NCBI RefSeq assembly: GCF_902713615.1
Contig: NC_052151.1
Span: forward strand, 201,775,703 to 201,839,702
Source of the DNA: Scyliorhinus canicula
Lineage: Eukaryota
DNA: 64,000 bases
Direction: 5' to 3'
A model generated the notes under the pieces. The model searched no databases, was not told the origin of the DNA, and saw only the letters and a list, made by a program, of their open reading frames with translations. Positions 24,936 through 35,110 of the stretch are shown here, piece after piece. Position 1 is the stretch's first letter; each line of letters opens with the position of its first letter. The position numbers and the translations under genes are program-made.

Positions 24936-25822
24936 CTTACACTAGAAAAACTGAAGTCAATGGAAACTGGGGGAAACTCTCCACTGGTTGGAGTCTTACC
25001 TAGCGCAAAGGAAGATGGTTGTGATTGTTGGAGGTCGGTCAGCTCAGTCCTGGAACATCATTGCAGGAGTTCCTCAGGGTAGTATCCTAGGCCCAACCAT
25101 CTTCAGCTGCTTCATCAATGACCTTCCTTCCGACATAAGGTCAGATGTGGGGATGTTTGCTGATGACTGCACAATGTTCAGCACCATTCGTGACTCCTCA
25201 GACACTGAACCAATTAATGTACAAATGCAGTAAGAATGAAAGAATATTCAGGCTTGGACTGACAAGTGGCAAGTAGCATTTGTGCCACAGAAGTGCCATG
25301 CAATGACCATCTCCAATAAGAGAGAATCTAATCATCGCTTCAAGATTCAACGGTATTATCATAATTGAATCCCTACTGGCAACATGCTGGGGGGTTCCCA
25401 TTGATCAGAAACTGACTGGACTAGCCATATAAATACTGTGGGTACGAGAGCAGGTGAGAGGTTAGGAATCCTGCGGCGAGTAACTCACCTCCTGACTCCG
25501 TAAAGCCTGTGCGCCATCCACAGATTTTGCATTTGGGATTAAGTACAAGGAATATTTTGTAGAATTATGTACTTAGTTACCTGTTGTATTTACTGCATAT
25601 AATGTACGGGTAAAATATAATGTTGGATGCAGTACTATGCAGTTTGTATTTTATAGAGGTCAAATAAATTAGCAAAGTCAGGAGTGTAATGGAATACTCT
25701 CCACTTGCCTGGATGAGTGCAGTCTCAGCAACATTGAAGAAGCTCAACATCACCCAGGACAAGGCACCCACTTGATTGCTCCTCCTTCCACAAACATTCA
25801 CTCCCTCTACTGACGCACAGTA

Positions 25823-26170
25823 GCAGCACAGTAGCATAGTGGTTAGCATAAATGCTTCACAGCTCCAGGGTCCCAGGTTCGATTCCCGGCTGGGTCACTG
25901 TCTGTGCGGAGTCTGCACGTCCTCCCCGTGTGTGCATGGGTTTCCTCTGGGTGCTCTGGTTTCTTCCCACAGTCCAAAGATGTGCGGCTTAGGTGGATTG
26001 GCCATGCTAAATTGACCGTAGTGTCCTAAAAAGTAAGGTTAAGGGGGGGGGGGGGGGGGGGTTGGGTTACGGGTATAGGGTGGATACGTGGGTTTGAGTA
26101 GGGTGATCATGGCTCGGCACAACATTGAGGGCCGAAGGGCCTGTTCTGTGCTGTACTGTTCTATGTTCTA
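25823..26170 (+). mobile_element. Full-length HE1-like SINE
   Basis: A/B boxes and CTGTGCTGTACTGTTCTATGTTCTA tail; interrupts the old LINE. Confidence 0.92.
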
Positions 26171-26951
26171 TGTGTGTTCCATCTGCAGGATGCACTGCAG
26201 GAACTCGCCAAGGCTCCTTGGGCAGCACTTTCTAAGCCCACAACCACTGCCATTTCGAAGGACAAGGGCAGCAGATACATGGGAATCCCAGCACTTGTAG
26301 GTTCCCCTCCAAGTCATTCACATTCCTGACTTGGAAAAACATCACCATTCTTTCACTGTCACTGGATCAAAATCCTGGAACTCCCTTCCCTCCCTTACAT
26401 CACAGTGGATGTACCTACACCACATGGACTGCAGCAGTTCAAGAAGGCAGCTCACTACAACCTTCTCAAGGGCAATTAGGGATGGGCAACAAATGCTGAT
26501 CTAACCAGTTAAGGCCACATCCCGTAAAAATGAATTAAATAAAAAATCCTGACTCCACAGCCCGAGGCCATTGATTCAGATCCACTCACTGTTACTGAAA
26601 AGCTTTGGTCTTGATGTCACCCATCCGGCTCTTCTAACTTTGGTGGCACTTCCTCACATAGTTTCATGTGTTACCATGCACCTCTTTTTTTGCTGCGCTC
26701 TTGTCCATAGATTCAACAACACAGAAAAAACTCACTTGTGTTCGGATTATTCTCACCCTCAAAAGAAAATAGGTTAGCGACGGTGAAATGACCAAAAGGT
26801 AATCATATTTATTAATGTTTTTACACAAAACGTAAGAATAATCACAATTAATTCACATTACAAATAGCTCAGATCTCACATGGCATTGTACTGGTTATTG
26901 TGATGATGTATTGTTACACAAATACAGGAGACTGACACCTTGCAATATATT

Positions 26952-28545
26952 AGAACATAAGAACTAGGAGCAGGAGTAGGCCATCTGGCCCCTCGAGCCT
27001 GCTCCGCCATTCAATTAGATCATGGCTGATCTTTTGTGGACTCAGCTCCACTTTCCGGCCCGAACACCATAACCCTTAATCCCTTTATTCTTCAAAAAAC
27101 TATCTATCTTTACCTTAAAAACATGTCATGAAGGAGCCTCAACTGCTTCACTGGGCAAGGAATTCCATAGATTCACAACCCTTTGGGTGAAGAAGTTCCT
27201 CCTAAACCCAGTCCTAAATCTACTTCCCCTTATTTTGAGGCTATGCCCCCTAGTTCTGCTGTCACCCACCAGTGGAAACAACCTGCCCGCATCTATCCTA
27301 TCTATTCCCTTCATAATTTTAAATGTTTCTATAAGATCCCCCCTCATCCTTCTAAATTCCAACGAGTACAGTCCCAGTCTACTCAACCTCTCCTCATAAT
27401 CCAACCCCTTCAGCTCTGGGATTAAGCTAGTGAATCTCCTCTGCACACCCTCCAGCGCCAGTACGTCCTTTCTCAAGTAAGGAGACCAAAACTGAACACA
27501 ATACTCCAGGTGTGGCCGCACTAACACCTTATACAATTGCAACATAACCTCCCTAGTCTTAAACTCCATCCCTCTAGCAATGAAGGACAAAATTCCATTT
27601 GCCTTCTTAATCACCTGTTGCACTTGTAAACCAACCTTCTGTGACTCATGCACTAGCACACCCAAGTCTCTCTGAACAGCGGCATGCTTTAATATTTTAT
27701 CGTTTAAATAATAATCCCGTTTGCTGTTATTCCTACCAAAATGGATAACCTCACATTTGTCAACATTGTATTCCATCTGCCAGACCCGAGCCCATTCACT
27801 TAACCTATCCAAATCCCTCTGCAGACTTCCAGTATCCTCTGCACTTTTCGCTTTACCACTCATCTTAGTGTCATCTGCAAACTTGGACACATTGCCCTTG
27901 GTCCCCAACTCCAAATCATCAATGTAAATTGTGAACAATTGTGGGGCCCAACACGGATCCCTGAGGGACACCACTAGCTACTGATTGCCAACCAGAGAAA
28001 CACCCATTTATCCCAACTGTTTGCTTTCTATTAATTAACCAATCCTCTATCCATGCTACTACTTTACCCTTAATGCCATGGATCTTTATCTTATGCAGCA
28101 ACCTTTTGTGTGGCACCTTGTCAAAGGCTTTCTGGAAATCCAGATATACCACATCCATCGGCTCCCCGTTATCTACTGCACTGGTAATGTCCTCAAAAAT
28201 TCCACTAAATTAGTTAGGCACGACCTGCCTTTAACGAACCCATGCTGCGTCTGCCCAATGGGACAATTTCTATCCAGATGCCTCGCAATTTCTTCCTTGA
28301 TGATAGATTCCAGCATCTTCCCTATTACCGAAGTTAAACTCACTGGCCTATAATTTCCTGCTTTCTGCCTACCTCCTTTTTTAAACAGTGGCGTCACGTT
28401 TGCTAATTTCCAATCCACCGGGACCACCCCAGAGTCTAGTGAATTTCGGTAAATTATCACTAGTGCATCTGCAATTTCCCTAGCCATCTCTTTTGGCACT
28501 CTGGGATGCATTCCATCAGGGCCAGGAGACTTGTCTACCTTTAGC
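26952..28545 (-). mobile_element. Relatively young CR1 LINE, 5'-truncated (RT)
   Basis: Long ORFs with NYRPVSLTS, LDFQKAFDKVPH, GVPQGSVLGP, FADD and C-terminal TQRVVNLWNSLP; (GTTCTTAT) tail. Confidence 0.95.
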
Positions 28546-28839
28546 CTATTCTATGTGTTATGGAGAGATCTCCCATGCCATTACTCCTGGTTATTGTAAT
28601 GTGAATGAATAAAAGGAACTTTACAGCATGTAATGTATTCTAAGTATTGTTGACAGATTTTCAGTGGCATTGCTCCCGATTGCTGTGATGTTAGCAAGGG
28701 AAAGGAGCCTTACAGTGCAATATGTTCTAAGTGTTATTGACGGATAACTCATGGTATTACACCTGGTTAACATGATATTCTGATCTCTACAGCAGCAGGT
28801 TGCTCAAGGCACTGGATTGGAGTTAATTTTGGCCTTTAA

Positions 28840-29072
28840 GGGCAGCACGGTGGCCTAGTGGTTAGCACAGCTGCCTCATGGCGCTGAGGTCCCAGGTTCG
28901 ATCCCGGCTCTGGGTCACCGTGTGGAGTTTGCACATTCTCCCCGTGTCTGCGTGGGTTTCGCCCTCACAACCCAAAAATGTGCAGAGTAGGTGGATTGGC
29001 CACGCTAAATTGCCCCTTAATTGGAAAAAATAATTGGGTAATCTAAATTTCTAAAAAATAAAAAAATAAAAC
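28840..29072 (+). mobile_element. SINE with 14-bp TSD and A-rich tail
   Basis: ATTTTGGCCTTTAA at 28826-28839 and 29073-29086. Confidence 0.93.
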
Positions 29073-29420
29073 ATTTTGGCCTTTAAAAATACAGATCAGA
29101 ATCGCACAATTTAACAAAATGTCACATAAAATTTCTTGTATTGCTTGATACATAAATATTAATTTTGCTTTCTTCGAGAATTGTCCTCATCGTTTAAATA
29201 ATGGATGGTGATATATCTGCAAATGAATCCCATTTGTTAGTTTTACACAAAATCACGTATCAGCAGTAATGAATTCACGTTAAAAATAAAAGCACTCCAT
29301 GCAGTTCTAGGATTCTCACTCCCTGGAAATGAGGAGTGATCCTCAATCTTGATCATTAATGAAAAGTAGTTGAGATTTTCTTTGTAATACTGATTGACCC
29401 CATGTTAAACATAAATAAGT

Positions 29421-29738
29421 GGGCAGCCCGGTAGCACAGTGGATAGCACTGTGGCTTCACAGCGCCAGGGTCCCAGGTTCGATTCCCCACTGGGTCACTG
29501 TCTGTGCGGAGTCTGCACGTTCTCCCCGTGTTTGCGTGGGTTTCCTCCGGGTGCTCCGGTTTCCTCCCACAGTCTAAAGATGTGCAGGTTAGGTGGATTG
29601 GCCATGCTAAATTGCCCTTCGTGACCAAAAAGGTTAGGAGGGGTTATTGGGTTACGGGGATAGGGTGGAAGTGAGGGCTTAAGTGGGCCGGTGCAGACCC
29701 GATGGGCCGAATGGCCTCCTTCTGCACTGTATGTTCTA
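29421..29738 (+). mobile_element. Full-length HE1-like SINE
   Basis: A/B boxes, CR1-type tail. Confidence 0.92.
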
Positions 29739-29744
29739 AGTGTT

Positions 29745-30915
29745 TAGGCATAGGTAATTGAAGTTGGCAGGACAGGTGGAGAGACAGTTAATAAAGCACA
29801 TAGTGTTCTGGACTTTATTAACTGAGGCATTGAGTACAAGAGCAAGGAGGTTACGCTTAACTTACACATAATAATAATAATCGCTTATTGTCACGAGTAG
29901 GCTTCAGTGAAGTTACTGTGAAAAGCCCCGAGTCGTCACATTCCAATGCCTGTTCGGGGAGGCTGGTACGGGAATTGAACCCGCGCTGCCGGTCTTGTTC
30001 TGCATTACAAGCCAGCTGTTTAGCCCACTGTGCTAAACAAGCCCCTCTAGTTAGTCAAGACACTAGTTAGACCTCAGCTGGAATATTGTGGACAGTTCTG
30101 GGTGCAGCACCAGAGGGAAGAGGTGAATGCATTGGAGAGAGTGCAGAAGAGGTTGACAAGAATGGTTCCAGGGATGAGGAACTTGAGTTATGAGGATAGA
30201 TTGGTGAGGTTGGGACTGTTCTCCTTGGAGAGAAGAAGGCCAAGAGGAGATTTTATAGAAATGTTCAAAATGGTGAGTGGGCTGGACAGAGTAGAGAGGG
30301 AGAAACTGCTCCCGCTCGAAATATGATCACGAACAAGAGGTCAAAGATTTGAAATGATTTGCAGAAGAAGCAAACGTGATGTGAGAATTTATTTTCACAC
30401 AATGAATGATTCTGGTCTGGAATGCACTGCCTGAAAGTGTGGTGGAAGCAGGTCCAATCAAGGCATTCAAGATGATTACTTAAATATTCAGGGGTCTGGA
30501 GAAAAAGCAGGAGAATGGCATTACGACCCTCTCGGAGACCACGGACTATGTTCCATCCGGTTCTCTTTAATTACCTCTGAATATGAACTCCCCCAGTAAT
30601 TCGGGGCAGGGTTCTCCATTAACAAGGGGGAACCTCACTGTATAAAAACCCTGGTGCAGGTCAAGCAGGGTGGCTCTTCAGCTAGAGGAGTTGTTAGTAG
30701 TTGATAGAAATCTACTTTACAAAGTACAGATCCATCAGTAGTGTACTTTGCGTAAACCTAATTAAATCAGTAGTTCATTTTATCCCACCAAACGTTCCTA
30801 CATCGCTTTGGTTGGATTCCGCAGTCATGATGCTCGTTTTGGAGAGCTGATCATTTTGGAGAGCTGGTGTAGACATGATGGGCTGAATGGCCTCCTGCAC
30901 CATAACAGTGCTGTG
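29745..30915 (+). mobile_element. CR1 3' fragment with nested SINE (29868-30045, minus) and an LTR-like insert
   Basis: LERVQKRLTRMVPGMRNLSYEDRL..LGLFSLERRR; 3' UTR resumes after about 30830. Confidence 0.82.
30521..30830 (+). mobile_element. LTR-like insertion
   Basis: Interrupts the CR1 3' UTR; TATAAAAA and ATTAAA in LTR-like order; canonical TG start and TSD not seen. Confidence 0.4.
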
Positions 30916-30964
30916 ATTCTGTGGGTAATAAGCTCCGGCTAAGAGAATCATTTATTTCCAGTGA

Positions 30965-32421
30965 TGTGGTGACCTTGGCGACCTACTGTTCCCCGGACTT
31001 GGAATACCTGACCGTGAAGTAGCGCCCATACTATCTTCCACATGAGTTTACTTCAGCCATTATCACAGCGGTCTACATCCCACCCCAAGCCAAAGTGAGG
31101 AAGGTGCTGGACTAACTGTACACAGTTATAAACAACTACGAAACAGAACACCCGGAGGCCTTGTTCATCGTGGCTGGGGACTTCAACAAGGACAACCTCA
31201 AGAGTGTACTGCCAAAATTCCACCAGCACATCTCCTGTCCCACCAGGGGCGACAACACTCTTGACCACTGCTACTCAAAAGTCAAGGGCGCCTACCGTTC
31301 CATCCCCCGACCGCACTTTGGGAAATCAGACCATAAGACTGTGCTCCTTCTCCCAGCATACAAGCAGAAACCCAAGCGGGAGAATCCAGCTAAGAAGGTT
31401 GTGCAGTGCTGGTCCGAGGAGACAGAAGAGCTCCTACGTGACTGCTTAGAGACAGTGGACTGGTCCATATTTAAGAACTCGGCGGCCAGTTTAAACGAGT
31501 ATGTCACCACCGTCACAGATTTAATCAGCAAATGTGTGGAAACTGCGTGCCAAAGAAAGCAGTACGTACGTTTCCCAACCGGAAACCATGGCTCAGCCGC
31601 GAGATTGACTCCCTACTGAAGGACAGGTCTGAGGCGTTCAAGTAAGACGACCCTGACCTATACAAGAAATCCAGGTACGACCTCCGCAAAGCCATCCGAG
31701 ATTCCAAGAGAGAATATCAAACCAAGACAGACTCTCGGTGGTTGTGGCAAGGCCTAAACAACATAACGGGCTACAAAGCGAAGCTGAGCAGTATCATAGA
31801 AAGCATCCTATTGGGCTGCATCACAGCCTGGTATGGCAACTGCTCGGCCCAGGACCTTAAGAAACTTCAGAGAGTCGTGAACACAGCCCAGCCCATCACA
31901 CAAACCTGCCTCCCATCCATTGACCCCATCTACGCGTCCCGCTGCCTGGGGAAAGCGGGCAGCATAATCAAACACCCCTCCCACCCGGCTTACTCACTCT
32001 TTCAACTTCTCCCATCGAGCAGGAGATACAAAAGTCTGAGAACACGCACGAACAGACTCAAAAACAGCTTCTTCCCCGCTGTTACCAGACTCCTAAACGA
32101 CTCTTATGGTCTGACTGGGGATAGGGTGGAGCTGTGGACCTTGGGTAGGGTGCTCTTTCCAAGAGCTGGTGCAGACTCGATGGGCCGAATGGCCTCCTTC
32201 TGCACTGTAAATTCTATGAAACACTGCACCCCTGTATGCTTCACCTGATTCCAGTGTTTATGTAGTTACATTGTGTACCTTGTGTTGCCCTATTCTGTAT
32301 TTTCTTTTATTTCCTTTTCTTTTGATTACTGAATGGTCTGTTTGAGCTGCTCGCAGAAAAATGCTTTTCACTGTACCTTGGTACACGTGACAGTAACAAA
32401 TCCAATCCAATCCAATCCAAC
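30965..32421 (+). mobile_element. Rex1/Babar LINE with internal deletion of the RT core
   Basis: Endonuclease AVYIPP...IVAGDFN...PTRGDNTLDHCY...GKSDH; then WQGLNNITGYKAKLS joined to IIESILLGCITAWYG; (ATCCA)n tail; SINE piece at about 32105-32220. Confidence 0.88.
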
Positions 32422-32629
32422 TGTGTGGCAGAGAAATGTCTAAAGCAGACACATGCAATAATCTCATTCACTGTGCACAATCAGTGAAAATTCAGCTGAA
32501 GATTCCACTCCCAACAACTCTCCAAAAATCACCACAGAATCTTCCGAGTCATTGACATGTAACCCAGGGATAAGCAGAGTGATGTTCTCCTGAAAAAGAT
32601 GTATCCGTTTCTTATAATATGCAGGGCCG

Positions 32630-33225
32630 AGACTTCCGGTTGCGGCTATGCGGAGCTGAGTCACACGTTCGGCAGATCCCGCCAGGAACGGACTTTTGGG
32701 CTCTTTTTAGGGCCCCCAGCGGTACTTTTCCGACATTTCCCGACGTGGGAAGGAGTCAGCAACATTTCCCCGGCAGTATATGGCCTGGACCAGGAGTGGG
32801 GCGAGAAAGAAAGTGGTTGCAGCGCCAAAGCAGAAGCGAGGGAAGAAGCACAAGATGGCGGCGGGCGGAGACCAGGAGGCATGGAGGCAGTGCGCGCAGG
32901 AGCAGCAGGAGACTCTCCAGCGCTGCTTCAGGGAGCTTAAAGCGGAGCTGCTGGAGCCGTTGAAGGCTTCAATTGACAAGCTGCTGGAGACCCAGACGGC
33001 CCAGGGGGTGGCGATCCGAGAGATCCGACAAAAGGCCTCCGAAAGAGAAGACGAGACCTTAGGCCTCGCGGTGAAGGTGGAGATGCACGAGGCGCTCCAT
33101 AAAAAATAGCAGGAGAGGTTCGAGGAGATGGAGAACCGGTCGAGGCTGAAAAATCTGCGGATCCTGAGCCTTCTGGAAGGGCTGGAGGGGTCAGATATGG
33201 GGGCCTGTGTAGCCATCATGTTAAA
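32630..33225 (+). mobile_element. L1 5' UTR and N-terminal ORF1 fragment
   Basis: MAAGGDQEAW..coiled coil..RFEEMENRSRLKNLRIL.L.EGLEG (L1 ORF1 RRxNLRI motif), one stop codon. Confidence 0.8.
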
Positions 33226-33812
33226 GGGAGGTTATGCTGGAACTGTATAAAATGTTGGTTAGGCCACAGCTAGAGTACTGTGTGCAGTTCAGGAATCTAC
33301 ATTATGGGAGGGATGTGATCGCCCTGGAAAGGGAGCAGAGGAGGTTTACCAGCATGTTGCCTGGGCCGGAGAGTGTTCGTTATGAAGAGAGATTGGATCG
33401 ACTTGGATTGTTTTCCTTAGAGCAGAGGAGACTGAGAGGGGGGACATGATTGAGATGAATAAAATTATGAGGGGCATAGATAGAGTAGACAGGAAGAAAC
33501 ATTTACCCTTGCTGAAGGGATCAATGACCAGGGGGCATAGATTTAAGCTGAGGGGGAGGTTTAGAGGGGATGTGAGGGAAAGCCTTTCTACCCAGAGGGT
33601 GGTGGGAGTTTGGAACTCGCTGCCTTAAAGGGTGGTGGAGGCAGAGACCCTCATACCATTGAAGAAGTATTGAGATGTGCACTTACTATCCCTGGGCATA
33701 CAGGCTATGGGCCAAGTGCTGGAAAATGGGACTAATATAGTTTGGTGGTTGTTTATGACCGGCGCAGACGCAATGGGCTGAAGGGCCATTTCTGTGCTGT
33801 ATGATTCTGTGA
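33225..33812 (+). mobile_element. CR1 3' fragment
   Basis: MLELYKMLVRPQLEYCVQF...LGLFSLEQRRLRG...TQRVVGVWNSLP plus 3' tail. Confidence 0.9.
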
Positions 33813-33838
33813 CTGGGTATTCCAGGTGTGAATGCTAG

Positions 33839-34353
33839 TGTTGTGATGCTCTGTGCGGGGCTCTGTTTTATTTACGTTGTGCTTAAACTACATTAATATG
33901 ATGCAAAATTTTGGGGTGACAGTTTCCTGAGTGTATTCCGAAGGCGCGTAAACCCCTCCCCTTTTTGAAAGCTAATACTGTGGCAGGCATTGGGGGTGTG
34001 TGGAGTGCGGAGCTGGACGTTGTCTGTCGGCCAACCCTGTCCCTCTGTGGCTGAAAGTTACATTGTGCCGGTGAGACCTTGGGTAGATGGATCAGATGTC
34101 AAGATCTGCACCGTCCCCAGGCTCAACCGTGAGCGACTTTGCCCTTTATGTGTGCCCAGTGTAGCATCTGTATAATAGGTCGGCCTCTGGAGTAGCTGAC
34201 AGAAAGGAGGAAGGACCCGGTAATGTGTAACCGGGCCCTATGTATGGGCCACTATAAAGCTGAATAAATGTCTAACTTGTGATCTCGCCGGCCTCCCCTT
34301 GTCATTATTGTGGTGCTGTTCCTAAAACTTATGTGAGCTTTTCCAGGACAACA
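33839..34353 (+). mobile_element. Probable solo LTR (515 bp)
   Basis: Perfect terminal inverted hexamer TGTTGT...ACAACA, CTATAAAG followed by AATAAA; no matching TSD. Confidence 0.6.
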
Positions 34354-34386
34354 GAGTAATGTGAGGACAGAAATGGAACAGGAGGA

Positions 34387-34588
34387 TTAGATACAGAATA
34401 AAGCTTCCCTTGCGCAGTCCCCATCAAACACTTCCAGGACAGGTACAGCATGGGGTTAGATACAGGGTAAAGCTCCCTCTACACTGTCCCCATCAAACAC
34501 TCCCAGGACAGGTACAGCACGGGGTTAGATACAGAGTAAAGCTCCCTCTACACTGTCCCCATCCAAAACACCCAAACAGGTACAGCAT
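34387..34588 (-). repeat. About 3 copies of the 69-bp satellite, inverted relative to the main array
   Basis: GTTAGATACAGAGTAAAGCTCCCTCTACACTGTCCCCATCAAACACTCCCAGGACAGGTACAGCAC is the reverse complement of the main monomer. Confidence 0.93.
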
Positions 34589-34649
34589 AGCCAGGAATAC
34601 AGGGAGAGACTGAGGAGGAGACAAAGAGGTATTGGAGAGATTGGGGGTA

Positions 34650-35108
34650 ATAGTGAGTTACAGGAGAGACTGAGAGGGTCACTCAGAGTTACAGGAGAGA
34701 CTGAGAGGATCACTCAGAGTTACAGGAGAGACTGAGAGGATCACTCAGAGTTACAGGAGAGACTGAGAGGGTCACTCAGAGTTACAGGAGAGACTGAGAG
34801 GGTCACTCAGAGTTACAGGAGAGACTGAGAGGGTCACTCAGAGTTACAGGAGAGACTGAGAGGATCACTCAGAGTTACAGGAGAGACTGAGAGGGTCACT
34901 CAGAGTTACAGGAGAGACTGAGAGGATCACTCAAAGTTACAGGAGAGACTGAGAGGGTCACTCAGAGTTACAGGAGAGACTGAGAGGGTCACTCAGAGTT
35001 ACAGGAGAGACTGAGAGGGTCACTCAGAGTTACAGGAGAGACTGAGAGGGTCACTCAGAGTTACAGGAGAGACTGAGAGGATCACTCAGAGTTACAGGAG
35101 AGACTGAG
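34650..35108 (+). repeat. 31-bp minisatellite, about 14-15 copies
   Basis: Unit GAGGGTCACTCAGAGTTACAGGAGAGACTGA. Confidence 0.95.
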
Positions 35109-35110
35109 GG

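Larger units (their letters stand above)
23190..24941 (-). mobile_element. Long solo LTR (ERV/Gypsy-like) containing three SINE insertions
   Basis: TGTCACG...TTACA termini with a 4-bp TSD CTAG (23186-23189 and 24942-24945) splitting the LINE sequence GAGCCCTAG/AAAACTGAAG; TTTATT near the left end suggests minus orientation. Confidence 0.7.
22640..26560 (+). mobile_element. Old CR1-clade LINE RT region fragmented by later insertions
   Basis: WKIAQVRPAHK*QDKSNPANYRPISLLS (22900), GVPQGSILGPTIFSCFINDL...FADD (25070-25170), later segments at 25670-25820 and 26170-26560. Confidence 0.85.

Noticed and set aside
24601-29738. tRNA genes from A/B boxes
   Set aside because: The boxes belong to SINE heads that continue into SINE bodies and LINE-derived tails; no cloverleaf or terminator.
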